A program made the position numbers and the translations under genes. 64,000 nt of DNA from Alphaproteobacteria bacterium (lineage in GTDB: Bacteria > Pseudomonadota > Alphaproteobacteria > SP197): positions 736,001-800,000 of the forward strand of contig OZ219917.1 in assembly GCA_964291415.2 (NCBI GenBank), written 5' to 3'. Every line of letters starts with the position of its first letter. Within the stretch, counting starts at the first letter, position 1. Shown here one piece after another: positions 48,067 through 59,169 of the stretch. The notes beneath the pieces were generated by a model, which ran no database searches, had not been told where the DNA came from, and saw nothing but the letters and a program-made list of their open reading frames with translations.

Positions 48067-48314
48067 CCACTCCTGAAGTGCCCCCTCGGTCCTGTCGACG
48101 AGGAAGGATGAAGTGGCGACTGGAGGGATTGGCACTATCCGTGCAGGTATGACTCAAGGGCACAAGAAGGCGGTGCCGGCAAGAGAGGACGCCGCCGTCG
48201 AACTGCAGCGGGGAAACAGCCGCAAAGGCGCGAGGAGCGTGGCGAGGTGCATGTCGCCCTTCGGCCAACAATGGGCTATGTACGGGCCGTCAGTGCAACC
48301 GGGAGTGTCGATGC

Positions 48315-48797
48315 ATGGCTGAGGAAACCGCGGCCACAGAACGGGTACAGGCCAAGCTTCGGCTGCACACGCAGTTCCTGCAGGACCTCTCTTTCGAGAG
48401 TCCCCGGGGTGCGGCGAGCGTTGCCGCGTCAGCGGACAACAAGCCCGAGATCGAGGTCAACCTCAACATCGACTCGCGCCAGCTTCAGGAGGCGTTCTAC
48501 GAGGTGGCGCTGAGAATCGCGGTCAATGCGGCAAGGGACGAAGAGCCCTGGTTTCTGGCCGAACTCGACTACCGGGGTGTGTTCTCACTGGCCGATGTCG
48601 ATGACGAGGCGCGCGCGCCCATACTCCTGATCGAGGGTCCGAGGATGCTCTTTCCCTTCGCCAGGCGGATCATTGCCGATGTCGTGCGCGATGGCGGTTT
48701 TCCGCCACTCCTCATGGAGCCGGTCGACTTCGTCGGGCTCTTTCGCCAGCACGCTCTCGCCCGCCAGGAACAAGACAAGGAAGCTGAGAGCGATTGA
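48315..48797 (+). CDS. secB: Protein-export chaperone SecB
   Basis: QF..DLSFESP, LFPFARRII and GGFPPL...PVDF. Confidence 0.95.
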   Translation: MAEETAATERVQAKLRLHTQFLQDLSFESPRGAASVAASADNKPEIEVNLNIDSRQLQEAFYEVALRIAVNAARDEEPWFLAELDYRGVFSLADVDDEARAPILLIEGPRMLFPFARRIIADVVRDGGFPPLLMEPVDFVGLFRQHALARQEQDKEAESD

Positions 48798-48804
48798 CCC
48801 ATCG

Positions 48805-49848
48805 TCAGGGCAGGCGGTCTCCGCGCACCGGAACGCCGAGATCACGCGCCAGGATCTCATGCATGTGAACGACGCCCCGCAGACGGCCTCCATCCTCGCA
48901 GACGAGGAACGTGAAGCGGTTTTCTTCCATCAGCCGCAGAGCATCGAACATCAGCGCATCGGTGGTGATCGCCATGGGCGAGGCGGTCATGATCGAAGCC
49001 GCGGTCAGGGCGCCAAATCCGGTGCGGTCGGCAAGCGCGCGGCGGATGTCGCCATCGGAGATGACGCCGACCGAACCGACAGGTGGTGCTGAGGCAGGGT
49101 CCGCCTCGCAGACCACGGCAAAGCCGCGGGCGCCGGTCGTGACGACATCGAGCACCTTCCAGATCGAGGATTCCGGCTTCACCCAGGGTAGCGTGGACGC
49201 CTTCAGCATGACCTCGCGAACCGTCATCAGGCCGCGGCCGAGAAGGCCTCCCGGATGAAGACCGCGAAACTGTTCGGGCGTGAACCCGCGAATGGTGAGA
49301 CTCGCAGTCATCAGCGCATCGCACAGGGAGAGTGTGGTGGTCGAAGACGATGTGGGCGCCAGTCGGTGCAGCCCGGCCTCGGCCTTGACCCTGGTCTCGA
49401 TCACCCAGTCGCTGTGTTCGGCGAGGAGACAGTCCCTGAAGGCCGTTATGGTGGCGATGCGGGCGCCGAAATCCTTCAGGTAGGGAGTGAGGATGCGCAG
49501 CTCGTCCGTCGCGCCGGAGTGGGTGAGCAGAACGGCGAGGGTCGCGTCCCGGGCCTGTCCGAGATCACCGTGAAGCGCTTCCTGGGGATGGATGAAGGCG
49601 GCGCGGTGACCGGTCGACACCAGGCTGGCGACGAACTTCGTGCCGATATGGCCAGACTTGCCGACGCCGAGCACCACCGTGCGGCTTTCCGGCGCGCCGA
49701 GCGCTTCGGCCGTGGCGAGGAAGTCAGGACCGATGGCGTTGGCCGCCGCGCCGAGACATGTGGCCGCTTCGTTCAGAACCTCGCGCGCCGCTTCGAGCGG
49801 TGCAGTCAGGGAGGGTTGGTCCAAGGTATGCCTGGAGAGGTCGTCCAT
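48805..49848 (-). CDS. KpsF/GutQ sugar-phosphate isomerase (SIS + 2 CBS)
   Basis: GVGKSGHIG, HP.EA.HGDLG, APTSS.T, HPGG.LG and G.ISDGD.RR. Confidence 0.92.
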   Translation of the reverse strand: MDDLSRHTLDQPSLTAPLEAAREVLNEAATCLGAAANAIGPDFLATAEALGAPESRTVVLGVGKSGHIGTKFVASLVSTGHRAAFIHPQEALHGDLGQARDATLAVLLTHSGATDELRILTPYLKDFGARIATITAFRDCLLAEHSDWVIETRVKAEAGLHRLAPTSSSTTTLSLCDALMTASLTIRGFTPEQFRGLHPGGLLGRGLMTVREVMLKASTLPWVKPESSIWKVLDVVTTGARGFAVVCEADPASAPPVGSVGVISDGDIRRALADRTGFGALTAASIMTASPMAITTDALMFDALRLMEENRFTFLVCEDGGRLRGVVHMHEILARDLGVPVRGDRLP

Positions 49849-50019
49849 GTCCGCGAACCCGCACTCCCGGGAACCTTCGTGAGGGCAACAGTATAGACGC
49901 CCCGAAATCGGTGGCCAATCGAGCTGCGCGAATGATTGGCGGATCGTCACGACGCCATGGAGCGAGGCCTCCGGCGTACCTATAGTGAACGCTTCGTGAT
50001 GACAATGGGGTGTCGGGTC

Positions 50020-50934
50020 ATGGCAGGCTACGTCGCCACTTTCTCCTATCAGGCCGCAGTTTCCCATGCGCCGCAGTTCTCTCCGGGGACATACCGCCAC
50101 TTCTCCGTTGCACCGGCGACGGGCGCGATCGGCGCGGTGATCGAGGGAATCGATCTGGCGAACGCCTCCGACGAGGCGATCGGCGAACTCGAACAGGCGC
50201 TCACTGATCACATCGCCCTTATGATTCGCGATCAGGATCTCGACCCGGCCGGCCAGGTGAATCTGGCGCGACGTCTCGGTACGCCGCTGCCGTGGCCCTA
50301 TGCGCGGAAGATGGAGGGCTTTCCGGAGATCACCGAACTCATCCAGGAACCTGGTGACAAGTATGCCTTCGGCGGCAGCTGGCACTCGGATTCATGCAAT
50401 TTCGAACGTCCGCCGAAGTTCACGATGGCCTATGCCATCGCCTGTCCGCCGGTCGGAGGGGACACGGCCTTCTCCAACCAGTACCTTGCCTGGGAAACGC
50501 TCGACGAAACGCTGAAGACCGAGCTCACGAGTGTCCGCTGCGTCAACTCCTCGGCGCTGGGGTACGGCACCGCGTCAATCGATCAGGAAGTGACCGGCAA
50601 CACGGCGACGCCCATCGTCTACTCCGCAGACGAGTTCAATGAAGTTCTGCACCCGATCTGCCGCACCCATCCGGTCACGGGCCGCAAGGCGCTCTACACG
50701 AATGATTCCTTCACCGCCCGCTTCGAGGGAAGGTCGCAGCAGGAAAGCCTCCCGCTGCTGCGCCGTCTCTGGAGGCACTCCATCATTCCCGAATTCACCT
50801 GCAGGCTCAGCTGGAAGCCGAAATCCCTGGCGATCTGGGACAACCGCTGCTGCCTCCATTACGCCCACAGCGACTATCCGGGCCACCGCCGCCACCTGAG
50901 ACGCATCGTCATCGAAGGCGAACGGCCGTTCTAG
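50020..50934 (+). CDS. TauD/TfdA family 2OG dioxygenase
   Basis: IGA.I.G.DL, WHSD, GGDT.F, HP..RTHP.TGRK and WDNR...H...D....R; start uncertain. Confidence 0.92.
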   Translation: MAGYVATFSYQAAVSHAPQFSPGTYRHFSVAPATGAIGAVIEGIDLANASDEAIGELEQALTDHIALMIRDQDLDPAGQVNLARRLGTPLPWPYARKMEGFPEITELIQEPGDKYAFGGSWHSDSCNFERPPKFTMAYAIACPPVGGDTAFSNQYLAWETLDETLKTELTSVRCVNSSALGYGTASIDQEVTGNTATPIVYSADEFNEVLHPICRTHPVTGRKALYTNDSFTARFEGRSQQESLPLLRRLWRHSIIPEFTCRLSWKPKSLAIWDNRCCLHYAHSDYPGHRRHLRRIVIEGERPF

Positions 50935-51033
50935 CCGCAGCTCAAGCATGGCGAAGCGAAATCTCCGAACTCGCATGGCACGGCGACAAACCTGTCGGTT
51001 TGCTCAGTGCCGTCTCCCGGAGCATGCTTCTCG

Positions 51034-52056
51034 TCAGTGGACCATGTTTCCGGGCATGAGCAGCCGTTTGCCCTCTTCTTCGGCGACGACCGGGTCGAGG
51101 AAGGCGTTGCAGTCTTCCAGCTCGCTTGTGGTTCCTCCGACGGAAGTCCAGCTGATGGCTGCGGTCCATCTCTGCGCATAGTCCAACATGCGAATGAGGG
51201 GCTGGGGCCGGCCGGATTGCGAGAGCGCCTTCAGCGCGGAGAGATAGTTGGCACGGTACACGGTGGGCACAACGATGCGCTCCTCGCCTGCCGCCGCCAG
51301 TTCGGCGTTCATCATGATCCGTGCTGTCCTGCCGTTCCCGTCGGAGAATGGATGGACTTCGGAGATCAGGAACTTCATGAACACCGCACGCTGGAAAGGT
51401 GTTTCCAGGCTCCGACAAAGGTTGAATCCCTGTTCCAATGTGCCTGTGACGAGGTCCGGGGCGACGAATACAGTCGAGCCGGCGCGATTCTCCGCGTGCT
51501 TGAAGCTCCCCGGCCGCTGATCGGGTCGACCTTCCATGATTGATGCGTGGCGGGCCTTGAGAAGCGTTTCGAGTGCGGAAGCACTCGCGGGAGTGCGGGA
51601 CATTTCGCGGTAATCGGATACGATGCGCCAGGTTCCCAGCACATCGTGCGCATCCGCGGGCCGTTCGTTGGGGATGACGCCGCGGAACACGATGTCAGCG
51701 GCCTCTTCGACGGCGAACTCCGTGCCCTCGATGAAATTCGAGAAGTAGGCTTCGAAGAAGGCCAGCGTCGCCTGGCTTCCGGGTTCTCGAATGGGCGCCA
51801 TGCGGGAAAGCGGAGGATGGTCCCGCAGAGCCGCATGAAGGGCCTGGAACAGGATCAGACGGTCCGGATCGTAGGGACGGCCCAGACGGCGGGCGACCGC
51901 CGGGGGCGCGGTCAAGTCCATCTCGCGGGTGCCGAGCAAGGCACCGATCATCGCATCGAGGGTCAGGGCTTCCTTCTCGAGGTCGAGAGCAGGGGCCAGG
52001 AAGCGGATCTCGTCACGCAGACGGTTCGTCGCTTCCTCGCCCGAACGGCGGATCAA
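51034..52056 (-). pseudogene. Fic family protein, probably N-terminally truncated
   Basis: FFEAYFSNFIEGT and the intact Fic motif HPFSDGNGRTAR. The ORF begins mid-domain directly against the hipA remnant, with no clear RBS/ATG. Confidence 0.7.
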
Positions 52057-52107
52057 GGTATCGAGCCGTTCCTCGATCTCGGGTCGGCGCCTGCTCGACG
52101 ATCCGCA

Positions 52108-52587
52108 TCAGCGCGCGCGCTGGAGTTGTTCGAGGTCCAGAGTTCGATTGAACCGGCGACGCGGTCCAGGCGACACGGCACCGGGCCCGAAGCTCAACGT
52201 GCACCGGCGCGATCGTCCGGTCCCTGCATCAGATAGCCGAACTCGGTGAGCTCCTGCAGGCCGGCATGGCGTTCGATCACCCGTCGCCCCCAGTAGTCCG
52301 GCATCGAATCCCGGATCGCACCGAAGAACCCGTTCATGCGGACCATGTCTCGTAGATCCGCCCGGAAAGACGGAGTTCGACCGGATCGAGCTCGACCGCA
52401 TCAGCCCGCGCCCGGTACGAACGTCCGGCCGTACACGAATTGGCCGAGCCTGCCGGCGCGATCGTCCACGTCCACCGGAACCTGCCGATCGCGCTCGCCC
52501 GTTCCTGCTCGCCTATCTCGGGGCAGTTACGAACTCCGTCGCGTCCGGCAGCACAATGTAGACGTAGCATTCGCGTTCAGAAGTCAT
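52108..52587 (-). pseudogene. hipA-like kinase toxin, N-terminal remnant with several frameshifts
   Basis: MTSERECYVYIVLP..TEFVTA / GRF / FVYGR / DAVELDPVELRL / FFGAIRDSMPDYWGRRVI / PDDRAGA / FNRTLDL lie in shifting frames; the kinase domain is absent. Confidence 0.75.
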
Positions 52588-52918
52588 CGCTCAGCTCCCG
52601 GCGACGGCCTGCCCTCCTTGGGCCGCGCGCACGCTCCAGGGTCTTGCCCTCGTCATCGCGATCGGGATCGGCTACCTCGCGCATGTGGCCGAGCAGGCCC
52701 AGTATCCACAGCGCGCCCAGGTATGCCGCAACACCGGTCGTTGGCTTGCCTCTCTCGACGTCGGCGATCACGAACCGGGAGACGCCCCTACGTTCTGCCA
52801 GCTCGACCTGCGAGAGCTTGCGGCGCAGTCGAGCCGTCCGGATGTTCCGGCCCAGCTGCCGCAGGGACTCCTCGACAGCGGCCGGCGGAGAACTGCCAAT
52901 CTTCGTCGGTCGCGGCAT
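52577..52918 (-). CDS. XRE-family HTH protein (HipB-like antitoxin)
   Basis: LG.NIRTARLRR.LSQ.ELAER.GVSR......E.G; overlaps the hipA start. AT-rich near-palindrome TTGTAATATACAA upstream. Confidence 0.85.
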   Translation of the reverse strand: MPRPTKIGSSPPAAVEESLRQLGRNIRTARLRRKLSQVELAERRGVSRFVIADVERGKPTTGVAAYLGALWILGLLGHMREVADPDRDDEGKTLERARGPRRAGRRRELSDDF

Positions 52919-53369
52919 GTAGTTTTACAACTCCATAAATGTCGTTAATGTTGCTTGTAATATACAACAAGATGCGCGTTTCGCAAAGAAGGTGGAGAGG
53001 AGCCAGGGCCCAGGGGGTCTGGATTGACATTCGGGACAGAACATCAATCAATCGACAGGATCGAACCTGCGGTTCGCAAGCGAGCGCCGGCCGTAGTCAG
53101 ACCATCGACAACTGACAGAGGGATGGCCGCTGAAAGGTTGCGCAAACCACGACAAGGAGTGATGGCAAACAGATCTGACCACGATCAGCCAAGACTGCAT
53201 GGTGCTAGGGGCAAGAGGCCCGCGGGAGAGATGATTCGTGGACCGGCGGATTGCATCAGGACCGGCGGCTAGAGGGCCCGCGTCAACAGACCGGATTCAA
53301 CACCGCAATCTGCCTGCCTGTCACAACCATGTTGAACGTTGCTTTCCGGGAGGTGTCCAGACAAACGCC

Positions 53370-54544
53370 ATGATCGACGTCGCACGTGCCGGGCCGACAC
53401 GCCCACCGTGAAGAATCTGGCTTTCTTCTACAGCTGTGGCGCGGGCCTGATGCCGCGGCCGGTGCTCGACGCGCTGCACGGCCATCTCGAACTCGAGGCC
53501 CGCATCGGCGGTTACGCGGCCGAGGACGAGGCGAAGCCCGCGGTACGGGCGACCTACGCCTCGATCGCGCGTCTGCTGAACTGCCTGGAGGAAGAGGTCG
53601 CGCTCGTCGAGAACGCTACCGTGGCCTGGCGCCAGGCCTTCTACGGCCTGGCCCAGGACATGAAACCGGGCGACAACATCGTGACGGCGATCCCGGAGTA
53701 CGCCTCGAACTTCATCGCCTTCCTGCAGACCGCGCGGCGCCGGGGCGTGGACATCGTCGTCGCACCGAACGACGGTACGGGCCAGGTCGATGTCGCGGCG
53801 CTGGAGGGGTTGGTGGACGGCCACACGAAGCTCATCGCCATGACCCATGTGCCGACCTCGGGAGGCCTCGTCACGCCGGCGGCGGAGGTCGGCCGGATCG
53901 CGCGTGGGCGAGGGGTGCCCTATCTGCTCGACGCCTGCCAGTCGGTCGGGCAGCTTCCGCTCGATGTCGAGGAGATCGGCTGCGATTTCCTGTCGGCCAC
54001 GGGGCGGAAGTTCCTGCGCGGTCCCCGCGGCACGGGGTTTCTCTACGCCCGCAAGACCGCCATGGCGGCGTGCGAGCCCCCGATGCTCGACCTGCTCTCG
54101 GCTACCTGGGTGGCCGCCGACCGCTACGAACTCGACCCCAGCGCGCGCCGCTACGAAAACTGGGAGGGCTTCGTCGCCGGCAAGGCTGCCCTCGGCGTTG
54201 CCGTCGACTATGCCCTGACGCTCGGGCTGGACGCCATCGCCGAGCGCAACCGCGATCTGGCCGCGGACCTGCGCGAACGTCTGGCCGCGATTCCCGGCGT
54301 TACCCTGCGCGACGCCGGCGGGGACCGTTGCGCCATCGTCACCTTCACCCACGACCGTTTCGCGCCTGACGATCTCGTTGCCCGGCTGGCCGCCCGGAAC
54401 ATCGTCATCGGCAGCTCACGGCCCTCGTCGACCCTGCTCGACTTCGAGAGCCGCAACCTGCCGCCGCTGTGCCGTGCGGCGGTGCATTATCTCAACACCG
54501 CCGAGGAGGTCGCCCGCCTGGCCGACGCGGTCGCAGAACTCTAG
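53370..54544 (+). CDS. Class V PLP aminotransferase/cysteine desulfurase-like, with an apparent 1-nt frameshift near the start
   Basis: ENAT, EYASN, THVPT, DACQSVGQ, ATGRKFLRGPRGTG (PLP Lys) and HY.N..EEV. ATG 53370 (MIDVARA) is out of frame with the body. Confidence 0.8.
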
Positions 54545-54701
54545 GGTTGGGCCTCCATCAGGTTCGCCATGCTCTTGCAGCAACGGGGAAGACGGCGCGT
54601 CGCGAATCGCTCTCCGTGCTCACGCCATCCTTCAGGCGGCAGGCAGCGCCTTATCCGCCTTGTGATGTCTTGCCGGAGTCAGGGCACGTGGTCGGTTCAG
54701 A

Positions 54702-55550
54702 TCACTCCCGGCCGCGAAGCCTCTCCGAGCGTCGGCGCAGCAGCTCGAGGACGATCAGCAGACACACCGACAGCAGGATCAGCAGCGTCGCCACGGCCAG
54801 AATGGTCGGATTGATCTGTTCTCGCAGGCCGGAGAACATCTGCCGCGGAATCGTGCGTTGGTCCGGTCCTGCGAGAAACAACACCAGAACCACTTCATCG
54901 AACGACGTCACGAAGGCGAAGAGGGCGCCCGAAATCACGCCGGGCCGGATCAGCGGGAACACCACCTCGAAGAAGGTTCGAACGGGGTTGGTCCCCAGGC
55001 TCAGCCCGGCGTTGTAGAGTGCGCGATCGAAGCCGACGAGCGTTGCCGTGACCGTCACGACGACGAAGGGAATGCCCAGCGCCGCGTGTGCGATCACGAG
55101 TCCGGGGAGCGTGCCGACCAGTCCGAACCGCGTATAAAAGAAGAACATGCCGGCCGCGATGATGATCAGCGGCACGATCATCGGCGACAGCAGCAGCGCC
55201 GTGATGATGCGCTTGAACGGCATGTGTGCGCTCGCCAGACCCACCGCCGCCACGGTGCCCAGAACGGTCGCGAGAATTGTCGCGAAAAACCCGATGATGA
55301 AGCTGTTCTTGATTGCCAGGATCCAGTTGGGGCTGTCCAGGATCTTCTGATACCACCTGAGCGAGTAGGCATCCGCGTCGAGCGCCAGCATTCCCTCCGT
55401 GAACGTGAAGTAGGGCTGGCTGTTGAACGACAGCGGCACCATGACGAGGATGGGCATGATCAGAAAGAACAGCGCCGCAGCGGCCCAGAACCGCAGCATG
55501 TAGACGCCCGCTTTGTGCTTCCAGTTGTAGTAGGCCGGGAACTCCGCCAT
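54702..55550 (-). CDS. Polyamine-type ABC permease (PotC-like)
   Basis: YSLRWY, P.IVP.II and FVTSFDEV. Confidence 0.9.
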   Translation of the reverse strand: MAEFPAYYNWKHKAGVYMLRFWAAAALFFLIMPILVMVPLSFNSQPYFTFTEGMLALDADAYSLRWYQKILDSPNWILAIKNSFIIGFFATILATVLGTVAAVGLASAHMPFKRIITALLLSPMIVPLIIIAAGMFFFYTRFGLVGTLPGLVIAHAALGIPFVVVTVTATLVGFDRALYNAGLSLGTNPVRTFFEVVFPLIRPGVISGALFAFVTSFDEVVLVLFLAGPDQRTIPRQMFSGLREQINPTILAVATLLILLSVCLLIVLELLRRRSERLRGRE

Positions 55551-55553
55551 GGC

Positions 55554-56825
55554 TCAGCCGAGCTTGATGTTTCCGGCCCCGACCATGCGGTCATAGGCCC
55601 AGTAGAGACAGACGATCACGACGAGGAGCAGCGTGCCGAGTGCAGCCGCGAGTTCCCAGTTGTTCGACTGCTGCATGTGGAACGCAATCACATTGGAAAT
55701 CATCTGGCCGTCGGTTCCGCCGACCAGCGCGGGCGTGATGTAGTAGCCGACCGAGATGATGAAGACCAGCAGCCCGCCGGCCGACAGGCCCGCGAGCGTC
55801 ATCGGGAAATAGACCCTCAGGAACGATGGAATCGGCCGTGCCCCCAGCGACAGGGATGCCCGCATCAGGCTGGGATCGATGCCCTTCATGACGCTGTAGA
55901 GCGGCAGCACCATGAACGGAAGCAGGACATGGGTCATCGCGACGATCGTCGCGAATTCCGTGTACATCATCTCGATGGGCTGCGTCGTGATCCCGATGCC
56001 CATGAGCAGCGAATTGATCACGCCGTTGGTCTGCAGAAGTGCGATCCACGATGTCGTCCTCACCAGAAGCGATGTCCAGAACGGGAGCAGGATGAAGATC
56101 AGCATCGTGTTGGCGACCCTTGGAGACGAGTTCGCCATCATGTAGGCAAGCGGGTAACCGAGCAGGAATGTGAGGAACGTGATGATCAGCGCCATCTTGA
56201 TGGTCTTGACGTAGAGTTGGATGTAGATGCGCGCCGACTCCCGGCGCTGAATCTCGCCGGCGGGACCCCGCTCAAGGTCCAGTGCGGTCAGGAAGTTCCT
56301 CTCGGAGTATCGTTTGCCGGCCTCGCGAACCGTGCGCCACAGATCCGGACTGCTCCATCTGTCATGGGCCTCGAGAAGGAGTGCGGCGCCGAGAGACGGA
56401 AGATCATGGTCCGCCACATTCCGGAGTTTTCGGGCCGTTGCCTTCACGACGCTGGAGGTTCCGGGCAGCCCGCGATTGAGTTCCTCGGCGAGCTTGCCGG
56501 CCGTGCGATCGTTCGCGAGGCGCTTCAGGTCGACCGCCATCGTCGCCAGGACCGAGTCGTCCGGCGTGCCGTGTCCGTCCCAGTCCTGCAGGCTGGCCAG
56601 GGTGTCGGGAATGAGCTCGGCCACGGTCGGATTGTAGACGCCCTGGTGCAGCATGGTCGTGATCGGTGCGACGAAGGCGAAGCCGATGAACGCGAGCAAC
56701 GGCACGACGAGGGCAAACGCGGTGAGACGCCGGCGGTTCAGGGCGCGGGTGGCGACGGCCATCTCTTCGCGCGTCAGCGTGCCACCGGCCGGGGACGTGC
56801 GATCTTGAAGTGAGGCTGCGGTCAT
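55554..56825 (-). CDS. Polyamine-type ABC permease (PotB-like, long periplasmic loop)
   Basis: LLPFWTSLLVR, LPFMVLPLY and GYYITPALVGG. Confidence 0.9.
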   Translation of the reverse strand: MTAASLQDRTSPAGGTLTREEMAVATRALNRRRLTAFALVVPLLAFIGFAFVAPITTMLHQGVYNPTVAELIPDTLASLQDWDGHGTPDDSVLATMAVDLKRLANDRTAGKLAEELNRGLPGTSSVVKATARKLRNVADHDLPSLGAALLLEAHDRWSSPDLWRTVREAGKRYSERNFLTALDLERGPAGEIQRRESARIYIQLYVKTIKMALIITFLTFLLGYPLAYMMANSSPRVANTMLIFILLPFWTSLLVRTTSWIALLQTNGVINSLLMGIGITTQPIEMMYTEFATIVAMTHVLLPFMVLPLYSVMKGIDPSLMRASLSLGARPIPSFLRVYFPMTLAGLSAGGLLVFIISVGYYITPALVGGTDGQMISNVIAFHMQQSNNWELAAALGTLLLVVIVCLYWAYDRMVGAGNIKLG

Positions 56826-56834
56826 CGTCTGGAG

Positions 56835-56873
56835 CGCAATGGGCGCCGCATGTCGCTGGCGGCGCCCATTGCG
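56835..56873. repeat. 15-bp perfect inverted repeat after the binding-protein gene (mRNA stabiliser or attenuator)
   Basis: CGCAATGGGCGCCGC-9 nt-GCGGCGCCCATTGCG, with no U tract. Confidence 0.75.
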
Positions 56874-56880
56874 GCAAAGG

Positions 56881-57939
56881 CTACTTCAGGAGCCACTCGT
56901 TGAACTTCTCGCCGAGTGATTCGCCGTAGTCGGCCCAAAAGATGCCGTCGGCCTTCAGGCCCTTGTCGATGTGCGCCGTCGGCAGGTCGTTCACGACGGC
57001 AGGATCGACCAGCGCCGCAGCCGACCGTCGCGTCGGACCGTAAGCGACGTCCTGCATGCCCGAGAGCGGCACGGTGCTCGTCGCGAACTTCACGAAATCG
57101 AGCGCCAGCTCCATATTCGGAGTTCCCTTCGTGATGGCCCATACGTCGAGGTCGAACACGTGGCTGTCCCAGACCATGACGAACGGCCGGCCGTGATCCT
57201 GGATGTCCTTGAAGATGCGGCCGTTGGCGGATTGAACCATCACGGCGCCGCCGTCGTTCAGGAGCTGGGGCGCCTGGGACCAGGACTCGTACCAGACGAG
57301 GTCGTCCCTGATGGTGTCGAGCTTGGCGAACGCGCGCGTCTGTCCCTCGTCCGTTGCGAGAAGGTCGTAGACCTCGTTGCGAGGAACGCCGTCGGCAATC
57401 AGCGCCCACTCGAGGTTCACCTGGGGACGTTTCCTCAGGGCGCGCTTGCCGGGGAAGGTCTCGGTGTCGAAGAAGTCGGCGATCGTGCTGGGAACGCCGC
57501 CCTCGATCGTTTCCGTGTTGTAGGCGTAGATGATTGTCCAGAAGATCACGCCCACGCCGCACTCGTTGGCCAGGGCCTCGGCGAAGAAATCCTCTTCCGC
57601 CGGAACGCCGTCGTCGCCGGGCGGCAGGATATCCCGGGGGATGATCTCCAGCAGGCCTTCGGAGCAAGCTCTCTCGAGGTCGATGACCTCGATATCGACA
57701 ACATCCCACTGGATGTTGCCCGCCTCGACCTGCGCCTTGATTTCTGCGATGCCCCCGGAATAGTCCTCGAAGAGGACGTTGTTTCCGGTCGCCTCGATGT
57801 AGGGGTCGACCATGTGCAGCTTCTGCGCCGCACCGTAAGCGCCGCCGAACGACACGGCGGTCAGATCGTCAGTCTGGCCGGCTGTCGCACCCAACGTCAG
57901 CATGGCGACAGCACTCAACAGAATACTGGGATGTTTCAT
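56881..57939 (-). CDS. Polyamine-type ABC substrate-binding protein (PotD-like)
   Basis: Signal peptide, SFGGAY, WDVVD, FPGKR.LR, LE.AL.ADGV and NGR. Confidence 0.9.
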   Translation of the reverse strand: MKHPSILLSAVAMLTLGATAGQTDDLTAVSFGGAYGAAQKLHMVDPYIEATGNNVLFEDYSGGIAEIKAQVEAGNIQWDVVDIEVIDLERACSEGLLEIIPRDILPPGDDGVPAEEDFFAEALANECGVGVIFWTIIYAYNTETIEGGVPSTIADFFDTETFPGKRALRKRPQVNLEWALIADGVPRNEVYDLLATDEGQTRAFAKLDTIRDDLVWYESWSQAPQLLNDGGAVMVQSANGRIFKDIQDHGRPFVMVWDSHVFDLDVWAITKGTPNMELALDFVKFATSTVPLSGMQDVAYGPTRRSAAALVDPAVVNDLPTAHIDKGLKADGIFWADYGESLGEKFNEWLLK

Positions 57940-58008
57940 CTCCCTCTCCCCTTGGTTGTTGTTCAATCAGAACTAACTCCGCCATGCGATCCGACACGGG
58001 ATGTCCGA

Positions 58009-59139
58009 TCAATCCGTGTTGAAGGCATAGCAGTCACTTGCTTGCCACATGAGGCCGGCAATCTCGCCTTGACCAAGTTTGGGCGCATCCAGGTCGTTCA
58101 GGAGCTTGACTGTCACTTCCGTGCCGTCGTCGAGTTCGAAGTAATAGCGAATGAAATCGCCGACATAGTGGCGCACGATGAACCTTGCCGGGATCTCGTT
58201 GTCGTACCCGGTCCGATCCGTCTTGATGAACATCTTCTCCGGCCTGACCGAAATCCTGCACGGCGCGCCGGTGGTCTTCACGTCGGCCAATCGGGCGGTG
58301 ATCTCTTTCCCGTTCGCGACGGCAACACGAACTTCGTTCCCTGCGGTCTCGACGACCTCGCCCGGCATCATGTTGTTCTCGCCGATGAAGTTGGCGACAA
58401 ACGCATTTCGGGGCCGTTCGTACAGTTCGTCAGGGGTCGCACATTGTTGAACGACGCCATCGTTGAACACCGCGATGCGGTCCGACATCGTCAGCGCTTC
58501 CGTCTGGTCGTGCGTGACGTAGATGACCGTGAAGCCCAGTTTCTGGTGCAGGCGTGTGATCTCGAACTGCATCTGCTCGCGCAGTTTCTTGTCGAGCGCG
58601 CCGAGCGGTTCGTCCATCAGGACGAGAGCCGGCTCGAAGATGAGGGCGCGCGCCAGCGCGACCCTCTGGCGCTGCCCGCCCGAAAGCTGCGCGGGATAGC
58701 GGTTGCCGAACCCGTCCAGCTCGACCAGCGACAGGTATTCCTCGACGAGCGGCGCGATCGTCGAACGGCGCATCTTCCGCGCCTTCAGGGGATAGGCGAG
58801 GTTCTCGGAGATCGTCATGTGCGGAAACAGGGCGTAGTTCTGGAACACCACGCCGATGTTGCGGTCATAGGGCGCGATGCGCGTGACCGGCACGCCGTCG
58901 ATCTCGATATCGCCCCCCGTCACGCTTTCGAAACCGGCCAGCAGCATCAGAATGGTGGTCTTGCCCGAGCCGGACGGTCCCAGAAGTGTGATGAACTCGC
59001 CCTTGGCAACGTCGAGGCTGAACCCGTTCACGACCAGGGTCTTTCGGTCGTAGCTCTTCTTGACGTCGACAAACCGGAGAAAACCCGTTTCCGTCCCGGC
59101 GAACGTCCTTTCTGCTTCCTGGTCGTTGCTGCGCGTCAT
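58009..59139 (-). CDS. Polyamine-type ABC ATPase (PotA-like)
   Basis: GPSGSGKT, FQNYALFPH, LSGGQ and LMDEPLGALD; TOBE tail. Confidence 0.93.
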   Translation of the reverse strand: MTRSNDQEAERTFAGTETGFLRFVDVKKSYDRKTLVVNGFSLDVAKGEFITLLGPSGSGKTTILMLLAGFESVTGGDIEIDGVPVTRIAPYDRNIGVVFQNYALFPHMTISENLAYPLKARKMRRSTIAPLVEEYLSLVELDGFGNRYPAQLSGGQRQRVALARALIFEPALVLMDEPLGALDKKLREQMQFEITRLHQKLGFTVIYVTHDQTEALTMSDRIAVFNDGVVQQCATPDELYERPRNAFVANFIGENNMMPGEVVETAGNEVRVAVANGKEITARLADVKTTGAPCRISVRPEKMFIKTDRTGYDNEIPARFIVRHYVGDFIRYYFELDDGTEVTVKLLNDLDAPKLGQGEIAGLMWQASDCYAFNTD

Positions 59140-59169
59140 GGGCAGGTGTTCTCGCCGCTGATGCCGTCT

